From Bdellovibrionales bacterium (GTDB lineage Bacteria; Bdellovibrionota_G; JALEGL01; JAGRMV01): a stretch of DNA of 64,000 bases. Location: assembly GCA_020434345.1 (NCBI GenBank), contig JAGRAZ010000001.1:3763-67762 (forward strand), read 5' to 3'. The notes beneath the pieces were generated by a model, which saw only the letters and a list, made by a program, of their open reading frames with translations, was not told where the DNA came from and made no database searches. The translations under genes and the position numbers were made by a program. This document shows, piece by piece, positions 40,294 to 49,839 of this stretch; the first letter of the stretch is position 1; each line of letters opens with the position of its first letter.

Positions 40294-40959
40294 ATGCACG
40301 CACTCGATCAAGTTGTTCAACAAAAACATCTACTTTCTCACCCTTTTTATCAACGCTGGATGCAAGGTACACTTTCAAAAAGCGAACTCCAAACCTATGT
40401 CAAAAATTACCAACCCCATGTAGAGGCATTTCCACGATATGTTTCTGCTGTGCATGCACAATGTGAGAGTGTTCAAACACGAAAAGCACTTTTAGATAAT
40501 CTTATCGAAGAAGAACATGGTAGCGAAAACCATCCGGAACTTTGGCTTCGTTTTGGTGAGGCGCTAGACCTTTCTCGAGAAAATATTGTTTCTTGTGCAA
40601 AGTTACCACAAGCAAAAGTATTGATGGATACATTCCTTGCACTTACACAAAAAAGTTTTGCCTCAGGATTGGGTGCATTGTACGCCTATGAATCCCAAGT
40701 GCCTGACGTGGCCAAACAAAAGATCGAAGGATTACAAAAACATTACGGCATTGACCAACCTCGTGGACTTGCTTTTTTCGAGGTACACTTGCAAGCAGAT
40801 GAATATCACGCACAATCTGAAAAAGATGCGTTTGATCAACTTACCGATGCGCAGAAAAAAGAAGCAATAGAAGCTGCCTCGATTGCATGCGATACATTAT
40901 GGAATTTCTTAAGTGCCATTGATGAAGCCCATGGCATAACATCAACAATGCATTGCTAG
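40294..40959 (+). CDS. TenA/PqqC/CADD-family haem-oxygenase-like-fold protein.
   Basis: HPFYQRWMQGTLSKSELQTYVKNYQPHVEAFPRYVSAVHAQC...LIEEEHG...HPELWLRF resembles PqqC/CADD di-iron family motifs. Confidence 0.55.
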   Translation: MHALDQVVQQKHLLSHPFYQRWMQGTLSKSELQTYVKNYQPHVEAFPRYVSAVHAQCESVQTRKALLDNLIEEEHGSENHPELWLRFGEALDLSRENIVSCAKLPQAKVLMDTFLALTQKSFASGLGALYAYESQVPDVAKQKIEGLQKHYGIDQPRGLAFFEVHLQADEYHAQSEKDAFDQLTDAQKKEAIEAASIACDTLWNFLSAIDEAHGITSTMHC

Positions 40960-40963
40960 GGAT

Positions 40964-41431
40964 TTATTCACGCTCTCTGGCAGCATCAATGATAGATTCA
41001 TCGGACGCTTTACCCCAAAAGGTAAAATGAATGTCTGTGCCAATTCGAACCATCATACCATCCAGAGGATTGACGTAGTTATGAAACTGGGATGTTATAA
41101 TTGGAGCATCCCACAATTTTGCAACCTCTTCTATCACTTTGTTAGATTCAACAAGAATTTTTGAACGGACTTGATTTTCTTGATCCTTGTTTGGCGCTTT
41201 AACAAAAAATTCAATATGATCCGCTTTATATTGCAAGCGATCTGTACTGTGATCCAGTCTCAAATGAAAAATAGCCAAGTAGTTGTACGTAGAATGCACA
41301 CTTGCATGCAAGTACACATCCGCACCCTTTGTTTCTTCTTTTACAATTTCAACATCCAATGCATGCGCATTCAAAGTCAACGCTTGTAGAATCAATGTTA
41401 GACCCAAAAAGAACAATCCAAATTTTTTCAT
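40964..41431 (-). CDS. Secreted hypothetical protein.
   Basis: MKKFGLFFLGLTLILQALTLNAHA is a signal peptide. Confidence 0.4.
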   Translation of the reverse strand: MKKFGLFFLGLTLILQALTLNAHALDVEIVKEETKGADVYLHASVHSTYNYLAIFHLRLDHSTDRLQYKADHIEFFVKAPNKDQENQVRSKILVESNKVIEEVAKLWDAPIITSQFHNYVNPLDGMMVRIGTDIHFTFWGKASDESIIDAARERE

Positions 41432-41552
41432 AAAAATCCCCCCAATTGATTTTGGAATTCACAGTACCAAAAAGACTCATGCTCAATCAAGTATATAAAT
41501 ACGAGTTATATTATATGGTTATAAGGCTTCATCGGCAGGCCTAGATTGCTCA

Positions 41553-42149
41553 CTATGTATTACGTCCCAAAAAGCTATCGATCAACCTCTTGGTAGACCC
41601 AATAAAGAAATGATCTGCAGCCTTGATTTCAATCCAACTTTTAGGATCGCGCAATTGATCTACATAAGCCTTAGCATGATGCATATCCGTATGTTCATCT
41701 TGTTCGGGCATGTACACTTCCACTGGGTATATGCCTTTAAGCTTGGGAAATGTAAACCACTGGGTTGGAGGTGCGATCAAGGAAAGTTTAGCAACATTAT
41801 TAATGTGACCTGCACACATGGCAGAAACATAAGATCCAAAAGAATAACCAATCAAATGAATATTGGAATTTTCTATACCATGGGTATCTGCAAGGTATGC
41901 AAGAACACGCTGGAGATCTTCTTGTTCCCCTTGTCCATGATCAAATGTTCCTTCGCTTTGCCCAACACCACGAAAATTATAGCGCACAACAAAAATATTT
42001 CTCTCAACAGCTCTTTTATAAAGCTGATCAATAATTTTATTTTGCATGGTTCCGCCATATTGCGGATGAGGATGAGACAGCACCCAAACAGGGCGCTGAC
42101 CAGAAACATGGATTTGGGCCTCAATAAGATGTGGCCCTTTTATCATCAT
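41553..42149 (-). CDS. Alpha/beta-hydrolase-fold serine hydrolase.
   Basis: Nucleophile elbow LIGYSFGSY (GxSxG). Length 198 aa. Confidence 0.65.
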   Translation of the reverse strand: MMIKGPHLIEAQIHVSGQRPVWVLSHPHPQYGGTMQNKIIDQLYKRAVERNIFVVRYNFRGVGQSEGTFDHGQGEQEDLQRVLAYLADTHGIENSNIHLIGYSFGSYVSAMCAGHINNVAKLSLIAPPTQWFTFPKLKGIYPVEVYMPEQDEHTDMHHAKAYVDQLRDPKSWIEIKAADHFFIGSTKRLIDSFLGRNT

Positions 42150-42157
42150 AAAAACTA

Positions 42158-42265
42158 CTTAGATTTTTTGCTGCTTGCTTTTTTGCGCGCAATACGGGTC
42201 TTCTTTTTTGCCTGACCTTTTTTCTGTTTTACTTTACGCGTTTTACGATTATCGCCTTTTCCCAT
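42158..42265 (-). CDS. Small, highly basic 35-aa protein (MGKGDNRKTRKVKQKKGQAKKKTRIARKKASSKKSK). Not in the ORF track because it is under 60 aa.
   Basis: The ATG is preceded by a GAGAGGAAG SD. The stop abuts the start of the hydrolase gene. Composition is reminiscent of small ribosome-associated basic proteins, but there is no firm match. Confidence 0.35.
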
Positions 42266-42279
42266 AACAAACTTCCTCT

Positions 42280-42852
42280 CTATATTGTTGTCTGCAACCA
42301 TTTATTGTTTTCAAAAGTAAAAACTTTTGGCGTTGCATTTTCAATTTCAAACGTAAAAAACTCCTCAATCGGCACAGGTACCATTTGGCACATCATTGCC
42401 TTGAGCACATCCATGTGACTTACACATACGATACACCCTTGCTCTTTGACAAGTTCTGTAAGCAAATGCTTGGTTCTTTCAAAAAGCTCCAGAACCGTTT
42501 CCACCTCTGGGTGAGGTTTCATAAAAGGATTCTGACGACGCTCCTTATACACTGGATCGCCCTTGATTTCATTAAAATCTTTGCCTTCCCATCGATCAAA
42601 TCTCATCTCGGAAAGACGCTCTTCGATACCAATGGGCAGATTCAATCGTGTTGCAATCGGCTGTGCGGTTTCAAGTGCGCGCAGTTGCGGACTCGATATA
42701 ATTTTGGATACGGGATAAGCTTTAAGCTTTTCTGCACTCACTTGGACTTGCTTTTGACCTGTATCGTTGAGCGGAATGTCCAATCGACTCATGACACGCC
42801 CGTCTTTGTTCCACTGGGTTTGGCCATGACGAAGTAAAATAAGGGTTAGCAT
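42280..42852 (-). CDS. Histidine phosphatase family protein (phosphoglycerate-mutase-like).
   Basis: MLTLILLRHGQTQWNKDGRVMSRLDIPLNDTGQKQ is the RHG catalytic motif. Confidence 0.75.
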   Translation of the reverse strand: MLTLILLRHGQTQWNKDGRVMSRLDIPLNDTGQKQVQVSAEKLKAYPVSKIISSPQLRALETAQPIATRLNLPIGIEERLSEMRFDRWEGKDFNEIKGDPVYKERRQNPFMKPHPEVETVLELFERTKHLLTELVKEQGCIVCVSHMDVLKAMMCQMVPVPIEEFFTFEIENATPKVFTFENNKWLQTTI

Positions 42853-42867
42853 AGAAGAAGGATCGTT

Positions 42868-43194
42868 CTATACGCTAAAGGATAAGCCACAGCCGCACGT
42901 TGCTTTTGCGTTGGGATTTTTTACGGTAAAGCCAGCTTGTCGAAAATCTTCCACATAATCAATGGTCGCATTTTGAACATAGGTAGCGCTGAAAGGATCA
43001 ATGATAAGTTCAATCTCACCAAATTGTAATCGGTAGTCGTTGTCGGTGGCGTGATCAAACGAAAAGCCGTATTCAAAACCTGAACACCCTCCACCTTGTA
43101 CATAAATTCGAAAAACTTGCTCTGGTTTGGCCTCTGACACTGCAAAATCTTTAACCTTTTTTTGCGCTTTATCTGTAAAAGTGAGTTCTATCAT
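42868..43194 (-). CDS. erpA: HesB/IscA/ErpA-family iron-sulfur cluster insertion protein.
   Basis: FRIYVQGGGCSGFEYGFSFD...ATCGCGLSFSV carries the three conserved Cys. The start is probably MIELTFTDKAQ. Confidence 0.8.
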   Translation of the reverse strand: MIELTFTDKAQKKVKDFAVSEAKPEQVFRIYVQGGGCSGFEYGFSFDHATDNDYRLQFGEIELIIDPFSATYVQNATIDYVEDFRQAGFTVKNPNAKATCGCGLSFSV

Positions 43195-43359
43195 GAGGTC
43201 ATCCTTATACTTTTGAGTGTATAAAAAATCAAAGTGATTTTCAAGCGCGCCTTTTTTACCCACATCGACTCAAGATAACCTACTAATATCATAAGGATAT
43301 TTTTGTTTTTCCAAGAATTCGATATCCAAAAAAGCCAAACTATGATTTAAAAGAGTGAA

Positions 43360-43647
43360 ATGGCCATCACGCAAGTGCGCCTATTGATTTCGGGACGTGT
43401 ACAAGGTGTGTTTTACCGTCAAAGCGCAAAACGAAGCGCCGAGTCCCTGAATCTACAAGGTTTTGTACGAAATTTACCCAACGGGTGCGTAGAGCTGATT
43501 GCCCAAGGAGAAAAAGAACAATTACAGGCGATGATTCAGTGGTGCCAACAGGGCCCTCCCATGGCATCCGTAGAAAAAGTAGACTTACAATGGATAGACG
43601 AACAACAACACTTTCAAACATTCGAAATTCTCGATACACCCATTTAA
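43360..43647 (+). CDS. acyP: Acylphosphatase.
   Basis: [45 protein letters not shown] are the acylphosphatase signatures. Length 95 aa. Confidence 0.8.
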   Translation: MAITQVRLLISGRVQGVFYRQSAKRSAESLNLQGFVRNLPNGCVELIAQGEKEQLQAMIQWCQQGPPMASVEKVDLQWIDEQQHFQTFEILDTPI

Positions 43648-43683
43648 ACACTGAACTCGCCCCATACAACAAAGGGGATTTTC

Positions 43684-45261
43684 ATGAATACCAAATTGCT
43701 TTTCAACGTATCTTCACACGAAATTCGTGTGGCGATTTTAGAAAATAATAAACTCGCCGAAATTTTCATACAGAACAAAACTGAAAAAAGTTACGTCGGT
43801 AATATTTACAAAGGCAAAGTCACACGCGTACTACCCGGCATGCAAGCTGCCTTTGTTGATATTGGACTAGAACGTGCGGCATTTCTGTACGTTACAGAAT
43901 TTTTTGATGAATACGGAGATTCTTTTCACCCTCGTGAAGTCGCAGAAGAGAAAAAGCGACGTAAACGAGGCAAAGTACAAATTCAAGATTTGCTTAAAGA
44001 AGGTCAAGATGTTGTCGTGCAGGTAGCCAAAGACCCTATTGGTACCAAAGGTGCTCGTCTAACATCACACGTTTCTCTTCCAGGGCGTCACCTTGTATAT
44101 ATGCCCACTGTAGCGCACACGGGTGTTTCCAGAAAGATTGCAGACGAAGACGAACGTCGTCGCTTGCGTGAAATTGTTCGAGAAACGCAAAAAATGGAAG
44201 GTGGATTCATCATTCGCACAGCCGCTGACAAACAGCCTGCAAACAACATCATACGCGATATTGAACACTTGGAATTCCAATGGAAAAAAATCATGGACAC
44301 CATGGACCAAGTCAAAGCACCAAGTATTATTCACGAAGATCTTGATCTTGTACTACGTGCGGTGCGTGACTTCTTTACCGAAGAAATTGAAGAGCTCATT
44401 GTGGATGATCATGAGTGCTATAGAAAAATAAAACAATTTACCACAACTGGCCTACCCAAAGGACGTAGAAAAATTACGCATCATGAAGGCCCGGATACAC
44501 TTTTTAACACATTTGAAATTGATAAACAGATTGACCGCGCACTTGGTCGTCGCGTGTGGCTCAAATCTGGTGGGTACTTAATTTTTGACCACGCAGAAGC
44601 CCTAACCGCAATTGATGTAAACACAGGAAGATTTGTAGGTAAAAAAAGCAGAAGTTTGGAAGATACGATTTTGCAAACAAACCTTGAAGCCGTAAAGGAA
44701 ATCGGCACACAACTTCGTCTTCGAAATATTGGTGGCTTGATCATTCTAGACTTTATCGACATGGAACGAAAATCAAGTCGAATCAAAGTTTTTCAAGCAC
44801 TTGAAAAAGAATTAGAAAATGACAAAGCCAAAACCAACGTTCTTAAAATGTCGGATCTTGGCCTTATTGAGATGACACGAAAAAGAACACGTGAAAATCT
44901 TACGCAGCAACTTTGTGATGTTTGTGAATATTGCGATGGTAAAGGCTTCCACAAGTCAGCAAGAACAATGGCTTATGCAATCATGAGAAAAGTACTTCAA
45001 GAAATTCACTTGGATTCTTCTTCACATCACAACATTGAGATTGTTGCACATCATAAAGTAGCATCTATTTTGAAAAATGAAGAATACAAGGCCTTTTTGG
45101 AATTTGAAAAGAAGACCGGTCGAAGAGTGGTCATTCGTGAGCAAGCAACGTTCCATCCAGAAAATTTTCAAATCAATCTCACTGGCCGTGGAGAATCAAA
45201 AGCAATTGTTCAGTCTATGCCTTCTGAAGTAAAGCAAGTTGAAACAAGCGAAGAAGAATAA
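43684..45261 (+). CDS. rng: Ribonuclease G (RNase E/G family).
   Basis: S1 domain YVGNIYKGKVTRVLPGMQAAFVDIG. Catalytic-domain motifs ...AIDVNTGRFVGK...LRNIGGLIILDFIDM. Length 525 aa. Confidence 0.85.
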   Translation: MNTKLLFNVSSHEIRVAILENNKLAEIFIQNKTEKSYVGNIYKGKVTRVLPGMQAAFVDIGLERAAFLYVTEFFDEYGDSFHPREVAEEKKRRKRGKVQIQDLLKEGQDVVVQVAKDPIGTKGARLTSHVSLPGRHLVYMPTVAHTGVSRKIADEDERRRLREIVRETQKMEGGFIIRTAADKQPANNIIRDIEHLEFQWKKIMDTMDQVKAPSIIHEDLDLVLRAVRDFFTEEIEELIVDDHECYRKIKQFTTTGLPKGRRKITHHEGPDTLFNTFEIDKQIDRALGRRVWLKSGGYLIFDHAEALTAIDVNTGRFVGKKSRSLEDTILQTNLEAVKEIGTQLRLRNIGGLIILDFIDMERKSSRIKVFQALEKELENDKAKTNVLKMSDLGLIEMTRKRTRENLTQQLCDVCEYCDGKGFHKSARTMAYAIMRKVLQEIHLDSSSHHNIEIVAHHKVASILKNEEYKAFLEFEKKTGRRVVIREQATFHPENFQINLTGRGESKAIVQSMPSEVKQVETSEEE

Positions 45262-45291
45262 ATGAAAAATTACAAATAGAATGGACTTACA

Positions 45292-45798
45292 CTACTCGTT
45301 GCAGGTGACGCTTGTGATGCCTTCACAACATCCAAACGATGTTGTACCACCACAAAGTGGATTTCCACCCCCTGCTGTCCCAAAACACAGGGTAATTGGC
45401 TGCGATTGAAGATCTACAAAAATTGGACAATCACTTGTACCAATATGTGTTTGATTGCCATTGATATCAAATGCCACCATACGCAAGCGATATTTTACAC
45501 CTTGACTCAACAAAGATGGATCAATGGTAAAACTATCCTGTAACGGATCCATACCCAACCCAGATAAACTTGGACTTTCAATTGTTGTACCCGTTGTATC
45601 ATTGATTCCATTTGGACTTGAACTTAATGGATCAAGCAAAAAATATACGCCTCGAGATTGACCTGCTTCAAAAGCAGAAGAAATATCAAGCATAGGATTG
45701 GTGTTTTGATTGGCCGCAATGACAATATCAACTTCAAATAACGGCGAAGTTGAGCAGGCCATCATCCAAACAAGTGTTCCTAGTAAGATTTTTTTCAT
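45292..45798 (-). CDS. Cys-rich lipoprotein (third of a tandem trio).
   Basis: MKKILLGTLVWMMACSTS is a lipobox. The start overlaps the upstream stop. Confidence 0.45.
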   Translation of the reverse strand: MKKILLGTLVWMMACSTSPLFEVDIVIAANQNTNPMLDISSAFEAGQSRGVYFLLDPLSSSPNGINDTTGTTIESPSLSGLGMDPLQDSFTIDPSLLSQGVKYRLRMVAFDINGNQTHIGTSDCPIFVDLQSQPITLCFGTAGGGNPLCGGTTSFGCCEGITSVTCNE

Positions 45799-46265
45799 GA
45801 ACAGTTTCCTGAAGCAATCGTCACAGTAACAGCATTGGCACCTGATTCATTATTAAACTCTTGTTTTCCACAATACAAAATAGTTCCTGAAGCGTCTCGA
45901 AACTCTGCTCTTACCTCAAAACGAAAATCAAGTGGGACTTGGCCAAGCGTTATCTGTCCTGAATCTCCAACATCAAAACCACATCCAGCAGGCTTTGCAT
46001 TGGAACAACTTGCGACATTTCCACAGGCGTTGGGATAGACAAACAAGTCAGGCATACCATTGTTATCTTCATCTAAGCCTTGCCCACCTACAGGTACATT
46101 GCGTACGCAGTACACAATGTCGTTAACACTCGCATCAGAAAACGCATTGGATCCAGTATAAAAAATTTCCAATGTTTGGTCTGTAGACCCACAGGATTGC
46201 ATCAGCACGAAAACAACCAAAGCCAGACTAAATCTTACGGACATATGTTTGGTAATCCTGTACAT
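45795..46265 (-). CDS. Cys-rich lipoprotein (middle of the trio; paralogue of the first gene at 46235..46681).
   Basis: Lipobox LMQSCGST. YPNACGNVASCSNAKPAGCGFDVGDS aligns with YPSNCLSADGNNACIEENCGFGRDES of the first gene at 46235..46681. Confidence 0.45.
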   Translation of the reverse strand: MYRITKHMSVRFSLALVVFVLMQSCGSTDQTLEIFYTGSNAFSDASVNDIVYCVRNVPVGGQGLDEDNNGMPDLFVYPNACGNVASCSNAKPAGCGFDVGDSGQITLGQVPLDFRFEVRAEFRDASGTILYCGKQEFNNESGANAVTVTIASGNCS

Positions 46266-46681
46266 GTATTGCCTTGACTCATTGTAATGGTTGCGGATTG
46301 TCCATCCGAGTTAGAAACTTGGGCTGACCCTGCTGCCACCTCATTACTTGCCTCATCCAAAGCGCAAGCTGTAACCGTAAGTGTTGCATCTTTATCAAAA
46401 TCATCAAAATTGATGCCAGGGTCAAATGTACTTTCATCACGACCAAAACCACAATTTTCCTCTATACAAGCGTTATTACCATCTGCAGACAAACAATTCG
46501 ATGGATACAAAACACTGGTTTGACCAGAGGTTACAATGAAAATAAAATTCTCAATGGAGTCTTGCTCTCCTGAACTCAACGCATCCACATTCAACGTAGC
46601 TGTTATGGTTCCGCTAGAGCCGCTGCCACACGAAATACTAAAAAAAACAAAAAGCATCATGATCATTTGAAAAAAACGCAT
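46235..46681 (-). CDS. Cys-rich lipoprotein (first of the trio).
   Basis: Internal start MRFFQMIMMLFVFFSISCGSG is a lipobox. Both this protein and the middle one end in a GNxC motif. Confidence 0.45.
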   Translation of the reverse strand: MRFFQMIMMLFVFFSISCGSGSSGTITATLNVDALSSGEQDSIENFIFIVTSGQTSVLYPSNCLSADGNNACIEENCGFGRDESTFDPGINFDDFDKDATLTVTACALDEASNEVAAGSAQVSNSDGQSATITMSQGNTCTGLPNICP

Positions 46682-46725
46682 AAATTCATTGTACCTCACC
46701 TTGATTTTCATTTACAACAATTTCG

Positions 46726-47421
46726 ATGACACAAAACACCGGAAAACTACTGGTCGTCGCCAGTCCGATTGGAAACTTACAGGACCTTACGCCTCGCATG
46801 CACCAATCTCTACAAGAAGCAGATATTATTGCAGCGGAGGACACCCGCCGGACCAAAATCCTTTGCACGCACCTACACATTGAAAAACCCCATCTTATTC
46901 GATGTGATGAAATGAAAGAGCAACAAGTAACAAAAGGCCTTATCGACAAGCTTCAATCAGGGCAAACTGTGGCGCTGATCTCAGATGCAGGTACACCATG
47001 CATCTCTGATCCGGGTTGGAGACTGGTTTTCGAAGCTAGAAAAAGTGACATTCCTGTCATTCCCATTGTGGGCCCTTCAGCAATTACAGCAGCTTTGAGT
47101 GTTTCTGGTTTTCCAGCTACACCTTTTACGTTTTACGGCTTTCTGGATAAGAAGAAAACCCGATCACTACAAACCCTGACAGAGATGTTTGCATCAAATC
47201 ATACAAGTGTCTTTTTTGAATCCCCTTATCGAATAGAAAAAACGCTACATCAACTGCTTGAAATTGAACCTACACGCTTGATCCTTATGATTCGTGAGAT
47301 AAGCAAAAAATTTGAAGAATCTCTGTTTGGCACCGTTACACAGGTTAAAGAAAGGATTTCGACCACTAAAGGTGAATGGACCATTGTGATTTCCCCCAAT
47401 CATGATAGATTTAAAGGGTGA
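46726..47421 (+). CDS. rsmI: 16S rRNA (cytidine1402-2'-O)-methyltransferase.
   Basis: LLVVASPIGNLQDLTPRMHQSLQEADIIAAEDTRRT is the RsmI N-terminal signature. Confidence 0.85.
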   Translation: MTQNTGKLLVVASPIGNLQDLTPRMHQSLQEADIIAAEDTRRTKILCTHLHIEKPHLIRCDEMKEQQVTKGLIDKLQSGQTVALISDAGTPCISDPGWRLVFEARKSDIPVIPIVGPSAITAALSVSGFPATPFTFYGFLDKKKTRSLQTLTEMFASNHTSVFFESPYRIEKTLHQLLEIEPTRLILMIREISKKFEESLFGTVTQVKERISTTKGEWTIVISPNHDRFKG

Positions 47422-47615
47422 ATCAGAAAATCGCACTCTGGATTGCACTTTCATTTTTAGGCTTTGTCTTTTTGTATCACCTAGCCTTTGTCATTTCGAA
47501 TTTTAACAACCGAAAAGTACCAAGAAAGTGGATCTGGGTTCGAGCAACATTTTCTTTTGTTTGTATTTTGGGGTTAGGGTTTTTTGTTTATTTCTTTTTT
47601 GGGAGCCAATCATGA
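47418..47615 (+). CDS. Small two-TM membrane protein.
   Basis: 65 aa with two hydrophobic helices. Overlaps the rsmI stop and the CPBP gene start. Confidence 0.35.
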   Translation: MNQKIALWIALSFLGFVFLYHLAFVISNFNNRKVPRKWIWVRATFSFVCILGLGFFVYFFFGSQS

Positions 47616-48259
47616 GGACTAAATGTGAAAATAAAATTTTATATCAATGTTTCGTTGTGCTTGTTGCCTTTACTGTATTTTTCTTTCGTCCTTTAAAAAG
47701 TTGGATTGAGATGAACCAACTTACAGCCATTCTATACACACCCCAACTTTTATTTTTACTAGGTTCAATTTGGATTTATTTTTCAAACAAATTAAAACCT
47801 CAAGATATTGGATTAATCAAATCTTCGGTAGCCTACTACCATTATGTACTTGCCTTGGCTGCAATCATCTTTATCTGGATGAGTGCATTGCACGGTATGA
47901 TCGAACCAACCCCCCTTCGTTTTTCAGACCTCAAGGTAAGTATGATCTCGCTTGTGGGACTCCTTATTATTGCCCCTATAACTGAAGAGGTTTTTTTTCG
48001 AGGCATTTTATTTCAACAGTTTTTGAAAAAATATCCATTACGTACGTCAATGATTGTATCAAGCGCTGTTTTCATGTGCACACACCACCAATTGTGGCTG
48101 GGTGCATTTATACTTGGTCTGATTACGTCTTTTGCGACATACAAATCTAAATCGATTTTTCCAGGTATCGTTTTTCATTGCATCAGCAATACATTTGTAC
48201 TCTACGCACACAACGTAGCGCCTAATTTGGGTGTTCTACGAAAAGTTTTATTCTTCTAA
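47612..48259 (+). CDS. CPBP-family (CAAX/Abi) intramembrane metalloprotease.
   Basis: ITEEVFFRGILFQQF is the EExxxR motif. FHCISN is the second His motif. Multi-TM. The start is reassigned to MRTKCEN. Confidence 0.6.
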   Translation: MRTKCENKILYQCFVVLVAFTVFFFRPLKSWIEMNQLTAILYTPQLLFLLGSIWIYFSNKLKPQDIGLIKSSVAYYHYVLALAAIIFIWMSALHGMIEPTPLRFSDLKVSMISLVGLLIIAPITEEVFFRGILFQQFLKKYPLRTSMIVSSAVFMCTHHQLWLGAFILGLITSFATYKSKSIFPGIVFHCISNTFVLYAHNVAPNLGVLRKVLFF

Positions 48260-48263
48260 AAAA

Positions 48264-49751
48264 CTACAACGTTTCTACAAATCGGATAAATGTGCGCGTC
48301 GGCACCCCAGACCCACCTTTAGGTATTGTATCAAATTCTCTAGAAGCCCTTGCTGGTCCAGCAACATCTAAATGCGCCCATGCAGTTTTTTCAACAAAAT
48401 TGCTTAAAAACAATGCTGCCGTAATACTGCCGCCTTCTCTGCCGCCAACATTTTTCATATCAGCAACATCAGATTTCAATTGCGATTTGTACGACTCTTC
48501 TAAAGGCATTCTCCAACCTTTATCCCCAACATCGCTTGCTGCATTTTCAATCAGTGATGCCAGCTTTGCGTCTTTACTATAGATGGCAAATATTTCGTCA
48601 CCCAGTGCAATCACACAAGCACCTGTTAGAGTGGCTGCATCGACGATATAATCAACACCAAGGTTTTCGGCGTAGTGTAATGCGTCTGCAAGAACCAAAC
48701 GTCCTTCTGCATCTGTATTTTCAATTTCAACGGTTTTACCATTTCGTGCTCGAACTACATCATCGGGTCTCGTTGCATTGCCATTCACCGCATTTTCTGC
48801 CAAGGCCATGATGCCATGAACCTCAACAGGTAGTGCAAGGTCAGCAATTGCTGTCATTGCAGCCAGAACGCCCGCAGCACCAGCCATATCTGTTTTCATG
48901 GAAACCATATAGGTCGGTGGTTTTAAAGAAAGACCACCTGTATCAAAAGTAATTCCTTTTCCAACCAACGCCACTTTCTTTTTTGCTTTCTTGGTTGGTT
49001 TGTAATGTAGATGCACCAAGCAAGGTTGCTTGTCACTTGCTTGACCTACAGCCAAATGTAAATTGAAGTTTTGTTTTTTAAGTTCAGCTGCAGACAAAAC
49101 CTTATAAGTGATCTTTCTTTTTGCAGTTTCATTTTTTGCAATTGAAGCAAATGATTCTGGATAAACCACATTGCCCGGTTCATTGACCAAATCTCTTGCA
49201 AGAAAAATTGCACGTGTTGTGGCACATGTATGAGAAAGATGTTTTTCATATGTTTTTTTATTTTTGTGAGATGTTGCAAATATAAAAGTTTGCAAACTTT
49301 GGGATTGCTTAACATCCTCTTTGTACTTAGAAAATCTGTATGACCCAAGCAAGAAACCATCCATTGCATATTCAAATGGAATTTTTTCATCTCCGTGCAC
49401 AACAGCAACACTCTTGTAACCACGTTGAGAAATCAACTTTGAAGCTTTACCAAATGCGTTTCGAATTTCGTTTTGACCTGCTTTTTTTGCATCGCCCAAT
49501 GAGATAACCAAAAAATCTTTGAAAGCAAGATCGCCTTTATTGACAAAAAACATGCTTTTTTCACGATCCTCACCAACATAGGAAGATTCCAACCACGAGG
49601 ATATGATTCCATCGTGTGCCTTATCAATTGCCTGAACCCAAGGGCTTACTTTTTTTTGTGCATATACAGGGATAACGCAAACATCTGCCTTCAGAGGTCC
49701 TTTATCCATTGCAGCGAGTGATACATTCCATTGATCAAATAGGTTTTTCAT
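48264..49751 (-). CDS. pepA: Leucyl aminopeptidase (M17).
   Basis: NTDAEGRLVLADAL is the M17 signature. Length 495 aa. Confidence 0.85.
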   Translation of the reverse strand: MKNLFDQWNVSLAAMDKGPLKADVCVIPVYAQKKVSPWVQAIDKAHDGIISSWLESSYVGEDREKSMFFVNKGDLAFKDFLVISLGDAKKAGQNEIRNAFGKASKLISQRGYKSVAVVHGDEKIPFEYAMDGFLLGSYRFSKYKEDVKQSQSLQTFIFATSHKNKKTYEKHLSHTCATTRAIFLARDLVNEPGNVVYPESFASIAKNETAKRKITYKVLSAAELKKQNFNLHLAVGQASDKQPCLVHLHYKPTKKAKKKVALVGKGITFDTGGLSLKPPTYMVSMKTDMAGAAGVLAAMTAIADLALPVEVHGIMALAENAVNGNATRPDDVVRARNGKTVEIENTDAEGRLVLADALHYAENLGVDYIVDAATLTGACVIALGDEIFAIYSKDAKLASLIENAASDVGDKGWRMPLEESYKSQLKSDVADMKNVGGREGGSITAALFLSNFVEKTAWAHLDVAGPARASREFDTIPKGGSGVPTRTFIRFVETL

Positions 49752-49839
49752 TCTGACTCCTTATGTGGTAGAAACCATGCAACGTAACGCATTTGTCAAA
49801 CGCGTCATTTGGGTGTAAATCGTAGGTTTTATACGTTAA

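Noticed and set aside
41610-42215. Plus-strand ORF of 201 aa.
   Set aside because: It is antisense to the alpha/beta-hydrolase and small basic protein genes. It is low-complexity with no motifs.
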